The translations under genes were made by a program, and so were the position numbers. From Nitrospinota bacterium (GTDB taxonomy: Bacteria > Nitrospinota > Nitrospinia > Nitrospinales > VA-1): a DNA stretch of 64,000 bases. Position 1 is the first letter of the stretch, and each line of letters opens with the position of its first letter. Below, piece by piece: positions 10,534 to 20,042 of this stretch. The stretch lies in NCBI GenBank assembly GCA_038108555.1, contig JAYNIA010000001.1:70427-134426 (forward strand). The letters are read 5' to 3'. Below the pieces are notes generated by a model. It did not search any database, was not told where the DNA came from, and was given only the letters and a program-made list of their open reading frames with translations.

Positions 10534-11615
10534 GCCCGTTTCAACCCCTGTTCCGGATAAGAACCCAATACTCGAAACATCAAACTCTGTCTTCCGAGAC
10601 TTTTTAAAACGCGTTCGACTGCCTTGTCCTCAACGTGACCCTCGAAATCCACATAAAACAAATATTCCCAGGGCCGGTTACGCAGTGGTCGGGATTGAAT
10701 CTTGGTCAAACTGATTTTATTTTTGGCAAACATTTGCAGGATTTTTAGTAACGACCCGGATTCATCGGCAATGGAAAACATGATCGATGTTTTGTTCTTC
10801 TTAGCTCTTTTGGCCTGGTCTTTACTGATTACTAAAAACCGGGTGTAGTTTTCCGCGCGATCCTGAATATTTTTTGCAATGATTTTTAACTTATGAACCT
10901 CGGCTGCCAGTTGCCCGGCAATGGCGGCTGAATTTTTTTCCTTTTTCGCCAGTTCCGCCGCATGCGCCGTGCTGGCAGCAGGTATCTGCTCCACACCGGG
11001 AAGGTTTTTGTTCAACCAGTTTCGAGACTGCCCCAGAGGCTGTGGATGGGAATACACCTTTTTGATTTTTTTCAGGTCGGTACTTCCCGCTAGCAAAAAT
11101 AATGAAATAGCCATTCGAGCTTCATCACAAATATGCAGCGGAGAATCGACAAAACAATCCAGCGTCCGGTTGACAACTCCCTCGATGGAATTTTCCACGG
11201 GCACCACGCCATAGTCCGAGTTTCCCAACTCGACTTCCGAGAAAACACTTTCAATGTTGGAACAGGAATTAAATTTGCAGGAATGCCCAAAATGTTTGAT
11301 CGCGACCTGATGGCTGAAGGTGGTATCCGGGCCGAGAAAGGCGATCCTCAACGGTTTTTCCAAAGCCAATGTGGCTGAGAAAACTTCACGAAAAATGGAA
11401 TTGATGGAAGACGCAGGAAACGGACCTTTATTCTGGTCGTTCATCCGGTCGAGAATAGCGCGTTCACGCTGGGGAACATGGAAATGGGTATTCTTCCCCT
11501 GAAGGGTCTTCTCCTCACCTATTTTTTGGGCCAAAAGGCCACGACGACTGATCAGCTTTAAAAGCTGGTCGTCAATTTTATCAATCTGCTGGCGCAGATC
11601 GTCGAGCTTTGACAA
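10530..11615 (-). CDS. pheA: Chorismate mutase / prephenate dehydratase (P-protein)
   Basis: N-terminal CM domain (LRQQIDKID), VPVENS, SHPQ, NYTRF, ACT domain TKIQSRP; TTG start. Confidence 0.95.
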   Translation of the reverse strand: MSKLDDLRQQIDKIDDQLLKLISRRGLLAQKIGEEKTLQGKNTHFHVPQRERAILDRMNDQNKGPFPASSINSIFREVFSATLALEKPLRIAFLGPDTTFSHQVAIKHFGHSCKFNSCSNIESVFSEVELGNSDYGVVPVENSIEGVVNRTLDCFVDSPLHICDEARMAISLFLLAGSTDLKKIKKVYSHPQPLGQSRNWLNKNLPGVEQIPAASTAHAAELAKKEKNSAAIAGQLAAEVHKLKIIAKNIQDRAENYTRFLVISKDQAKRAKKNKTSIMFSIADESGSLLKILQMFAKNKISLTKIQSRPLRNRPWEYLFYVDFEGHVEDKAVERVLKSLGRQSLMFRVLGSYPEQGLKRA

Positions 11616-11777
11616 AAAACGTATACCGCCTTTACTTGGATTTCCCGCAACTGATTTTGGGATGGGTTGATCATTTCATAATTCCCCCCTAAAATGCAAG
11701 GATTATCTTCGTAAGAGACCTGATTTTTATGAGGTTTTCTATATTTTCAAATCCGTTTTTTATGTGAGGTCGTTCAA

Positions 11778-12086
11778 ATGATTTTGCTGGAATTCAGTAT
11801 GAGCCCCATGGATAAGGGGGAAAGTGTCAGTGAACAAGTCAGCCGGTCCCTGAAAATAATTGACGAAAGTGGCGTGCCCTACAAACTGAACCCTATGGGA
11901 ACCGTCCTGGAAGGGGAATTCGATGAAGTCATGGGTGTGGTCAAACAATGCTATGAAAAAATGCGCACCGACTGCAAACGCATCACCTGCGCAATTAAAA
12001 TAGATTACCGCGAGGGAAAATCAGGAAGGCTGGAATCGAAAATGGCTTCCATTGAAAACAAACTGGGAAAAGAGGTGAAGAAATAA
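11778..12086 (+). CDS. MTH1187/thiamine-binding family protein
   Basis: FSMSPM..ESVS..YKLNPMGTVLEGE..IKIDYR pattern. Confidence 0.85.
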   Translation: MILLEFSMSPMDKGESVSEQVSRSLKIIDESGVPYKLNPMGTVLEGEFDEVMGVVKQCYEKMRTDCKRITCAIKIDYREGKSGRLESKMASIENKLGKEVKK

Positions 12087-12092
12087 AATGTT

Positions 12093-12377
12093 AGCCACCG
12101 ATGCACACAGATGAACAGAGATTGCTATTTTGTCCGTCATCGCGAGCGTGTTATATCCCAACCTCAACTTTCATGCCCCGCAGGGGTAACTGTAAGGAGC
12201 GTGGCCGTGGTATTTTTCTATTGAATTCGTGCCCGGAACGGGTAGATCCAGTCTTTCTGGATTGCGTCGTCGCCAAAGGCTCCTCGCAATGACTGTCTCT
12301 TTATAAAAATCAGTTTCCATCCGTGCTTGTGATAATTATCCTTAGCCTTCATGCCCCCTACGGGTACATCTGTGGTT
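12093..12377. repeat. Composite nested REP-like palindromic repeat cluster
   Basis: Outer imperfect inverted arms (CACAGATGAACAGAGATT and AATCAGTTTCCATCCGTG..TACATCTGTGGTT); inner inverted arms GTCATCGCGAG (12136) and CTCGCAATGAC (12283); two copies of a TTCATGCCCC..GGG unit. Confidence 0.65.
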
Positions 12378-12753
12378 CCAATTCCATTAAATTTTTTCTT
12401 ATGTAATTAACTACTGCCTGAATTTCCTGCTCCGTCAAACGGGATTTCCAAGGCATCATGGCAGTGCCTTTTCTTCCCTCGGTGACGGATTGGATCATCC
12501 GCTCCTTCGTCAGTTCTTTTTTCGATTTTTCCGAGGTGAAATTTTTTGGCGGCGGATTCAACACATTTGCGGCAAAGGTTTTTCCATCCCCTTTAACTCC
12601 ATGACAGGCCTTGCAATGTTTGAAAAAAATATCGCGCCCGGTTTCGGGATCTGTCGTTTCTGCAACAACCTGACCGGGGACAAACAAAGTTATTAACAAC
12701 CAAAATAATAACGCCAAATTACTGATTGAGTTTTTATCCTTAAGGTCAATCAC
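12358..12753 (-). CDS. Class I cytochrome c (monoheme, exported)
   Basis: Signal peptide, CKACH heme motif, distal GTAMMPW methionine. Confidence 0.9.
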   Translation of the reverse strand: MIDLKDKNSISNLALLFWLLITLFVPGQVVAETTDPETGRDIFFKHCKACHGVKGDGKTFAANVLNPPPKNFTSEKSKKELTKERMIQSVTEGRKGTAMMPWKSRLTEQEIQAVVNYIRKNLMELEPQMYP

Positions 12754-12758
12754 CCCAT

Positions 12759-12779
12759 CCCCTCTTTAAAAAAGAGGGG
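12759..12779. repeat. CCCCTC/GAGGGG hairpin, REP-like
   Basis: CCCCTCTTT-AAA-AAAGAGGGG perfect stem; same style as the hairpins at 18119-18176. Confidence 0.5.
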
Positions 12780-12888
12780 TCAATTTACCCCCCCCTCTAT
12801 TACTAAAAATTCAACAACCCTATCCAGAAGCCCTATGTCATCCGTATCGCCAAAAAAGCAAAGACCTATCGCCAGCGGCGGCTCGCCG

Positions 12889-15597
12889 CTAGGGGACGTC
12901 TTCGAGTTTTTCGATCATCAGGGTATTGATCATATTTGCTTTGAACTGGCTCATTAACTTTTGAAATGTCACCCTTTGGTCTTTTAAGGATACATAGAAA
13001 ACGTCAATCCCCCGATCCCCCTGAGTGGAAATTTTCGCCCGGTGGATGAGGATACCGAAATCGGCAAATACCGAAGCAATTTTGTAAAGCATCCCCATAT
13101 GGTCGCGCGCCTCCACACGGATGATGGTAAACGTGTCGGCGGTTTCCCTTTCCACCTGGATTCGCGGGACAATGGCTTTTCCCAGATCCTTTTGCTCACC
13201 CGCATAGCGGGTTCGCGAACGCATCATCTTTTGCAAATTCGTTTCTTTGGAAAACAAGCTCGCCAGATTGGTTTTAACATCCTTCCAGATTTCAAAATTA
13301 TCGCCGCTGGCAATTTCACTTTCCTCGACCTGAACAGAAACGATGACCTGCCCGTCTTTTTTCAGATAGATATGAGCTCCAAGAATGTTCAGGCTTTTAG
13401 CCGTTAACGTTCCTACCATCTTTTTAAAAGAATCCTGCCCGGAAATACAAGCCAATGTGATGTTATGAAATTTCCCTTCCTCATTGAATTCATGATGCAG
13501 AATAAAAGGCTTGTCTTTTAAGGAACGGAGCAAACGGATGTGCAATGCCACTTCTTCAGAATGCGTGGTCATCAGATAGTCTTCCGGCATATTTCCGAGG
13601 TGGGACTCAATTTCAATCACCGGCAATTCGCCATGTAGGGCCTTGAATACTCCTGCTCTTGTAGCCTGGGGATGTTGCCCCAGGGACTCGGGATCACGAA
13701 TAAATTTCCGCGTGCGATCATAAAGCTCGGACAGTAAAAGTTTTTTCCAGGCGGTTAAGGTTCCCGGGGCAACCGCCCTCAGCTCGGCGTAACTGAACAA
13801 ATACAGGGCAGCCAGGCGATCTTCATTACCAACTGTTTCAGCAAACTTCTGTATCACCGTCGGCTGATGCATGTCTTTATGTAAGGCCGTATCCACCATT
13901 TCATAAATATTGCCGATCAAAAACTCCAGCAACTCTTTTTCTTCGGACTCTAAATGCAACCTTTCGCTGATAAAATTCAGGAACCCTTTTAATCCCGATT
14001 CCCCTTCCATATCAGAGAGGGTTCCTGCTGATTGCAGAAGGGCGGCAAATTTCAGAGTCTTCTTATGGTCATAACTTCCATACAAGGAAGCCAGGTCAGC
14101 CGGGTTATCCAAAGTCGTCGATTCCAACTCCTCCAGAAATCGGATGATGCGTAACGAATGCTCATCAGCTGTATAATGGTGATAAAAATCATGGTTGACC
14201 TTGCAATGGGCCAACCCAAATTCAGGTAATACCTGTTCGAGAATTTCAGTTTCATGCATCAACCGTAATATTTTCTGGGAGTCGCTATCTCCTAAAATGG
14301 AGTAAAGAAAATTTCTAACTTCCTCACCTTTCATATGCTGAGCATTGATGAGATTTTTGTTCAACCGCAATTGCCTGCGAAGCTGGTAATCGGGCAAGAC
14401 CGGATGCTTCCGGCAAAGTTCCAAAGCTGTCAGGACCAGGGATTTATCCTTTTTAAAATCATTCTTCGGATCGCCTTCATAAACCAGAGTCGAGCCGGAA
14501 ATTCCGAATCCATTTCCTAAAGATTTTTTGGTCAGGTCTGATAGCACACGCATAAATGTTTGCCGGGCCTGCAGACAATGTTCAAAAAGGTTTTCCGAGA
14601 AGTTATAGATATTAGTAGCGTGCAGATAATAATCACGCATGAAGTCCTCCACGGGTTGACCGTCAAAGGAGGAAAGATAACCCAAATTTGTAGCGAGTTC
14701 CTTTTGGATTTCACGTGACAACAAGTCGGTTTTTTTCCCCGTTAAATAATGTAGTTCGTTCCTTACCCGCAAGCTGAAATCAATCGAGTTGTATAAAGAC
14801 TCAATTTCCTGAGGGGATATCACCTGGGCACCGGTAATCTCCCTGAAAGAATGCACCCCAAACCGGATTGCCGTTGCCCAAAGCGCATTGTGATAGTCTC
14901 TCAATCCCCCGGGACCGTTTTTAATGTCCGGCTCCGGGTGACAAACGACTCCTTCAGTTTCCCCGTATCTTGTGTACTTTTCCTTTAACTTGGAATTCAG
15001 GAATTTTTTAACCCCCTTTTGCAGGACATTTTTATTGATCGAGTTGGTAAAGCGCCCATATAAGATCTGGTCACCTATCAGGAACCTGGTTTCGACCATG
15101 GAAGTTTTGATGGTCAAATCTTCATTGGCCAACTTTACGCAATCTTTGATAGTTCGGGAACTATGACCGATTTCCATTCCGAATCCCCATAAAACCGACA
15201 GAACATCCTGAATAAATGTTTCAGTGAGGGACTTGGGTTTAGGTGGAAACAAAAACAGGAGGTCGATATCTGAATGAGGATTGAGTTCCCCTCTTCCATA
15301 CCCGCCAACGGCAATCAGGCAAAAATCTTCTAAAACTGGAGTGTCTTTATATTGTTCCAACCGGATCATGGATAGGAAGAGATGCCGGATCACTTCATCA
15401 ATCAAACTGGTTTGAGACTGAACCACCTCTCTACCACCTGCTCCAGATCGATGCCAGGCTTTAATCTTTTCTTTTTCAACCTGAATCAATTCCTTAAAAG
15501 AATTGAAATAGGCCAATCGTTCCTTTGGGTTTTCTGGAACATTTTCAACCGCGCTGAAATCTATTACCTGTGGAAAATCGTTGGTTGGTGTGATCAT
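12889..15597 (-). CDS. glnD: [Protein-PII] uridylyltransferase GlnD with degenerate HD domain
   Basis: AVGGYGRGELNPHSDIDLL nucleotidyltransferase motif, IKNGPGGLRDYH, HHYTADEH, two C-terminal ACT domains (ARDHMGMLY..AKIST.G..IDVFYV). Confidence 0.9.
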   Translation of the reverse strand: MITPTNDFPQVIDFSAVENVPENPKERLAYFNSFKELIQVEKEKIKAWHRSGAGGREVVQSQTSLIDEVIRHLFLSMIRLEQYKDTPVLEDFCLIAVGGYGRGELNPHSDIDLLFLFPPKPKSLTETFIQDVLSVLWGFGMEIGHSSRTIKDCVKLANEDLTIKTSMVETRFLIGDQILYGRFTNSINKNVLQKGVKKFLNSKLKEKYTRYGETEGVVCHPEPDIKNGPGGLRDYHNALWATAIRFGVHSFREITGAQVISPQEIESLYNSIDFSLRVRNELHYLTGKKTDLLSREIQKELATNLGYLSSFDGQPVEDFMRDYYLHATNIYNFSENLFEHCLQARQTFMRVLSDLTKKSLGNGFGISGSTLVYEGDPKNDFKKDKSLVLTALELCRKHPVLPDYQLRRQLRLNKNLINAQHMKGEEVRNFLYSILGDSDSQKILRLMHETEILEQVLPEFGLAHCKVNHDFYHHYTADEHSLRIIRFLEELESTTLDNPADLASLYGSYDHKKTLKFAALLQSAGTLSDMEGESGLKGFLNFISERLHLESEEKELLEFLIGNIYEMVDTALHKDMHQPTVIQKFAETVGNEDRLAALYLFSYAELRAVAPGTLTAWKKLLLSELYDRTRKFIRDPESLGQHPQATRAGVFKALHGELPVIEIESHLGNMPEDYLMTTHSEEVALHIRLLRSLKDKPFILHHEFNEEGKFHNITLACISGQDSFKKMVGTLTAKSLNILGAHIYLKKDGQVIVSVQVEESEIASGDNFEIWKDVKTNLASLFSKETNLQKMMRSRTRYAGEQKDLGKAIVPRIQVERETADTFTIIRVEARDHMGMLYKIASVFADFGILIHRAKISTQGDRGIDVFYVSLKDQRVTFQKLMSQFKANMINTLMIEKLEDVP

Positions 15598-15852
15598 TTT
15601 GTTAAAACCAAGTTCCTAATATTGAATCTATGAGGATAAAGTAATATTTGCAAAATACAAGTTTGGGTCCCGCTCCCCTTACAACCTTTGGTTTTTTAAA
15701 GGAATAAATTTTTATGATTAAAGCTAATGGTTTACCAGGTTGAATGACTTGTAAATTATTGAAGAATCAGGGGGGTTCTGGGTAGGCAGAAGCCAACCAG
15801 GAAAAGGGGAAAAATTAACTGCAAAGGGTTGATTTATCCCACCCAAAATTGC

Positions 15853-15881
15853 TTGACAATAATGAGTTAATATTTTAGCTT
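15853..15881 (+). promoter_or_regulatory. Candidate sigma70 promoter for mdh
   Basis: TTGACA (15853-15858), 17-nt spacer, TAGCTT (15876-15881). Confidence 0.5.
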
Positions 15882-15982
15882 AACCCTCTTCTAATAATCA
15901 TATTTAATTAGACTTACCGGATTTTATCTACCGTTTTTTATATTAATCATTATACAGGTTTGCTTTCATGTGAGGAGCTGCT

Positions 15983-16930
15983 ATGTCAAGCACAAGAAAA
16001 AAAATCACGGTCGTAGGTGCGGGTCAGGTGGGCGCCACGGTTGCTCAATTAACCGCTTACAAAAATCTTGGCGATGTTGTTCTTATCGACATTGTTGAAG
16101 GCGTCCCACAGGGAAAAGCGCTGGACCTGCAAGAATCAAGTTGCCTGCAAGTGTTCGATAGTCTTGTAACCGGAACCAACGATTATAAAGACACAGCAGA
16201 TTCTGATATCGTGGTCATCACGGCAGGCTTACCCCGTAAACCGGGAATGAGCCGCGAAGATCTGTTAGCGACCAATGCCAAAATCGTGCAATCGGTCACC
16301 GAGCAGATCATGGAGCACTCCAAAGATCCCATCGTTATAGTCGTTTCCAACCCTCTCGATGCCATGGTTTACATGGCCAAAAAAACAGGCAACTTTCCTA
16401 AAAATAAAATCATCGGCATGGCAGGCGTGCTCGACTCAGCCCGTCTGAGAACTTTCGTTTCCCTGGAGTTGGGTTGTTCCCTGGTAGATGTAGATGCCAT
16501 GGTTCTTGGTGGACATGGAGACTCGATGGTTCCTCTCCCTCGTTACACTTCTGTATCAGGGATCTCAATCACCGAATTGATGAATAAGGAACAAATTGAC
16601 CGCGTGGTGGAACGTACTCGAAAAGGCGGTGCCGAAATAGTTGCCCTGCTGAAAACAGGCAGTGCTTTTTATGCGCCGGGGGCTTCCGTCTTTAAAATGG
16701 TTGAAGCCATTTTACAAGACAAGCGCCGCATTCTTCCCTGCACAGCCTACCTCGAAGGCGAGTATGGTTGGGAAGGAATTTTCTTTGGCGTACCCGTGAT
16801 GATGGGAACCAATGGAATCGAGAAAGTTATTGAACTGAATTTGACTGACGAAGAAAAAGAAGCTCTGGATAAATCAGCGCAGGATGTTAAAAAGACCTGC
16901 GATGAAATTGACGCCATTCTCGCAGGATAA
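15983..16930 (+). CDS. mdh: Malate dehydrogenase (LDH-like type)
   Basis: [41 protein letters not shown]. Confidence 0.96.
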   Translation: MSSTRKKITVVGAGQVGATVAQLTAYKNLGDVVLIDIVEGVPQGKALDLQESSCLQVFDSLVTGTNDYKDTADSDIVVITAGLPRKPGMSREDLLATNAKIVQSVTEQIMEHSKDPIVIVVSNPLDAMVYMAKKTGNFPKNKIIGMAGVLDSARLRTFVSLELGCSLVDVDAMVLGGHGDSMVPLPRYTSVSGISITELMNKEQIDRVVERTRKGGAEIVALLKTGSAFYAPGASVFKMVEAILQDKRRILPCTAYLEGEYGWEGIFFGVPVMMGTNGIEKVIELNLTDEEKEALDKSAQDVKKTCDEIDAILAG

Positions 16931-16993
16931 AACTGAAAAAGTTTACTCTGTCGTATGAAGGAATGGCCCAGAAAACCGCAAATATAAGTCGGA

Positions 16994-18304
16994 TCAGGGT
17001 GAAAGTTCCGGGTTCACCAAATAGGGTTTGCGAGGCTTTTTGACAATCTCAAATTTCTCATAGACATCCACCCCTTCGGGCCTGCCATCACATTCTAATG
17101 GGATGGTCTGCCAGAAATTTTTATTCGCTTTCCATCTTGGGTCCCATTTATCCTGGGGATCATCTTCCACACAAACGCGCCAAACCTGACCTTCCAGTTT
17201 TTCATTTGACACATCGAGTGTAATAAAATGATTCATTAAAGCCCTTTTGGCCAACGCATCAAAAATTTCTTTGGGCGCGGTTCGCTTTTCATTTTTCTGC
17301 AGGTCTGCAAAAGGCTTGAAGGTTGCCCCTCCTCCCCCAGAGACTATATGCATCGTCCCCTCACCACTCTCATATTTTCCCGATTCTGATTTTGAAACTC
17401 TAAAAGCACCCTCTTCCACCGGACCTGTGGGATGAAAACGTTCATAAGAATGTTGATTGCCAGCTAAAACAATATCCGGTTTCAAAGCATTCAACTGTTT
17501 GAAAACGGATTTGCGTTTCTCCAGATACCAGGCAGTGGTGATCGCAGGTTCATGCACTGCGAGAATGACCCACATCCCTTTTTTCCTCGCTTCTAGAATC
17601 CGGGGAGCCAGCCAGGGAGTGGGGTCCTTCCAGGGATAGTTGTGTATAACGCCTATCAATGCGTTTCCAATCACACGTGTTCCTTCAAGCGGTCTTGGAC
17701 CGGGAGTGTCGAACCTGGAATCAAGATGGTTTATTTTGTTCCAGCATCCTGAAGCTTTCGGTTTCCATTCTTTGGGTGGTAAATCGTTATCCCCAACAAC
17801 AAATAATTTTATTGGATAAGGATCGGAAAGCGTCTCTTTGATTTCCTTTACATACCGGTCTGGACAAGAAGAGGGAAAAAACTCAGGCTGGTAAACAAAA
17901 TCCCCCAGGTGCAACAAGGCTTCAGCCTTTGTTCTCCGCATGGCTCTTTGTACAGCCACGAATCCAGGGTGATAGGCTCTTTCACCAATCCCCGTATCAC
18001 CCACCACGACAATCCTTGTCACAGAATCCTGAGGAAAAGGAGCCATAATCTTTTGTATACGCACTCCTTCCTCCAGAGAAACCTTTGTATAATTTTTGTG
18101 GTTCCAACCCTCCCCCAGCCCCTCCCTATGAAGGGAGGGGAGAGATGAAATACCTCCCCTCTCATGAGGGGAGGTAAGGTGGGGTGTGGATTTTGAAACT
18201 TCCTCTTTTTTAAAGTAGCTATGTAAAGGTTCTTCCTCCAGGGAATAGCTAACGAACATTGCAAGTGTGAGGAGAAAAATTATTTTCATCGCAAACCATT
18301 TCAT
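16994..18304 (-). CDS. Exported calcineurin-like metallophosphoesterase
   Basis: VVGDTG, HLGDFVY, VGDND, VHEP, AGNQHSYER, VSGGGG; N-terminal signal or anchor. Confidence 0.8.
   Translation of the reverse strand: MKWFAMKIIFLLTLAMFVSYSLEEEPLHSYFKKEEVSKSTPHLTSPHERGGISSLPSLHREGLGEGWNHKNYTKVSLEEGVRIQKIMAPFPQDSVTRIVVVGDTGIGERAYHPGFVAVQRAMRRTKAEALLHLGDFVYQPEFFPSSCPDRYVKEIKETLSDPYPIKLFVVGDNDLPPKEWKPKASGCWNKINHLDSRFDTPGPRPLEGTRVIGNALIGVIHNYPWKDPTPWLAPRILEARKKGMWVILAVHEPAITTAWYLEKRKSVFKQLNALKPDIVLAGNQHSYERFHPTGPVEEGAFRVSKSESGKYESGEGTMHIVSGGGGATFKPFADLQKNEKRTAPKEIFDALAKRALMNHFITLDVSNEKLEGQVWRVCVEDDPQDKWDPRWKANKNFWQTIPLECDGRPEGVDVYEKFEIVKKPRKPYLVNPELSP
18106..18187. repeat. REP-like double-hairpin element inside a coding sequence
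   Basis: CCCCTCCCT-ATGA-AGGGAGGGG (18119-18140) and TACCTCCCCTC-TCAT-GAGGGGAGGTA (18151-18176). Confidence 0.75.
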
Positions 18305-18306
18305 AA

Positions 18307-18738
18307 TTAAATTAGTCCCTCCGGAAGAGTCTCGATGAAGACTCGAATTTCATCACGAACCCGGCGATAGTGCCCCAACGCTTCTTCTTCAGAGCTTGCG
18401 GTTTTCGCCAGTTTCGGGGGATCATCAAATCCGTGGTGCGCGACCCGTGTTGCGCAGGAAAAAATCGGACAATTTTCATCCGCATGTCCACAAACGGTCA
18501 CGACGATATCGAAAGGAATTGTTTCGACTTCTTCCACACGCTGCGACTTCTGCCCACTGATGTCCACTCCCGCTTCCTGCATGACCTTCACTGCATTGGG
18601 ATTGAGGCCATGCGCTTCGAGTCCCGCAGAAAAAGGCTGAATGGAATCACTTTTCAAATGCCGTGCCCAGCCTTCCGCCATTTGGCTGCGGCAGGAATTA
18701 CCGGTACATAAAAACAAAATTTTCAATTTATCTTCCAT
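18307..18738 (-). CDS. arsC: Thioredoxin-type arsenate reductase / LMW-PTP family
   Basis: CTGNSCRSQMAE P-loop, TVCGHADENCP resolving cysteines, FDDP. Confidence 0.88.
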   Translation of the reverse strand: MEDKLKILFLCTGNSCRSQMAEGWARHLKSDSIQPFSAGLEAHGLNPNAVKVMQEAGVDISGQKSQRVEEVETIPFDIVVTVCGHADENCPIFSCATRVAHHGFDDPPKLAKTASSEEEALGHYRRVRDEIRVFIETLPEGLI

Positions 18739-18876
18739 AACCTCAGCCTACCACCCTCTGGCGAGGGAGGCAATCCACTAGCGTGGAATGCAATAAAGAG
18801 AGGTCTTTGAGAAATTGTCGTAAAACTATAGTTATATGCAGAAAAAGGTCATCTCTCCATTTGAGCATCGACTCAT

Positions 18877-19851
18877 TTACCTGAGGCGGTTCGCCTCACG
18901 GTGGTCGAAGCGGTGGAGACCGTATTTATGGGCAATTTTTTCTGCGCCTTCCAACTCTTGCGAATGGGGACGGCGATTGATCTCCTGATATTTTTTTTCG
19001 CTCACCTTCCCTGCCGGAAAATACTGGCCCATGATGTTGATATAAGTATCCGTGGAAATTTCTTTTGCCACAAAATCCATTATTTTTTCCGTGTCCTCCA
19101 ATCCATCCGGCATCACTAAATGGCGTAGCAGCACCCCGCGCTTGGCGAGTCCGTTTTCATCCAGAATCAGATCTCCGACCTGCCGGTACATTTCTTTAAT
19201 CACTTTCCGGGCAGCTTCGGGGTAGTCTTTGGCCTTCAGGTATTTTTGCGACCGTTCATTACTCCAGTATTTGAAGTCGGGCATATAAATATCAACGATG
19301 CCTTCCATCATCTGCATGCTTTCCATCGAATCGTAAGCACCAGTGTTGTAAACCAATGGCAGGCGCAGCCCCATCTGCACTGCCAGCGGCAGAGCTTCAA
19401 GAATTTGTGGAACCACATGTTCCGGAGTTACAAAGTTGATGTTGTGGCAACCCCGGGTTTGCAGGTCGAGCATCATCGCTGCCAAATCTTCAGGACTGAC
19501 TTCAATGCCTTCTCCATCCTGACTGATATCCCAGTTCTGGCAAAAAACACATTTCAAATTACAGAGGGAAAAAAATATGGTTCCACTTCCACGTGTACCG
19601 CGCAGGCAGTCTTCTTCGCCGTGGTGGAGAGCATAGCTGCCAACGATTGCCTTTCTTCCGGTTTTGCAAACAGACTGTTCGTCGTTCAAACGATCCACTT
19701 CGCAATCGCGTGGACATACCTTGCAATTGGAAAGGGAACGCAACGCCTGCCGTGACCGGCGAAAAAGCTCGCCACTGTGGAACAGCTTCATGTAAGCCGG
19801 CTCAAAATCTTCAGAACGAATTTGAAAAGAGGAGGCTTTCATAATAGGCAT
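18877..19851 (-). CDS. Radical SAM protein, PflX family
   Basis: CKVCPRDC, HHGEE, GSGTIFF, CNLKCVFCQN, DIYMPDFKY, RHLVMP. Confidence 0.85.
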   Translation of the reverse strand: MPIMKASSFQIRSEDFEPAYMKLFHSGELFRRSRQALRSLSNCKVCPRDCEVDRLNDEQSVCKTGRKAIVGSYALHHGEEDCLRGTRGSGTIFFSLCNLKCVFCQNWDISQDGEGIEVSPEDLAAMMLDLQTRGCHNINFVTPEHVVPQILEALPLAVQMGLRLPLVYNTGAYDSMESMQMMEGIVDIYMPDFKYWSNERSQKYLKAKDYPEAARKVIKEMYRQVGDLILDENGLAKRGVLLRHLVMPDGLEDTEKIMDFVAKEISTDTYINIMGQYFPAGKVSEKKYQEINRRPHSQELEGAEKIAHKYGLHRFDHREANRLR

Positions 19852-19893
19852 TTTAACAGAAGTCTCCCATTTTCCTCCTGGGTGGCCCTCCCC

Positions 19894-19922
19894 TTGATTT
19901 TCGTTTAATTTTCGCCTAATAT
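19894..19922 (+). promoter_or_regulatory. Candidate lexA promoter overlapped by TTTTCG direct repeats
   Basis: TTGATT (19894-19899), 17 nt, TAATAT (19917-19922); TTTTCG at 19898 and 19909. Confidence 0.5.
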
Positions 19923-20042
19923 AAATTCAAAAGTAAAAGGTTCCATAAACTCTTTTAGCGAAACAAATATTGACCTATTCCCACCGGGCGTGGCCCGGTT
20001 AATTTTCGTCTGAGATGAGCAGCATATTTAAAGGAGAAAACC

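Noticed and set aside
18307..18738. Arsenic resistance island
   Set aside because: arsC stands alone, with no arsR, arsB or acr3 nearby.
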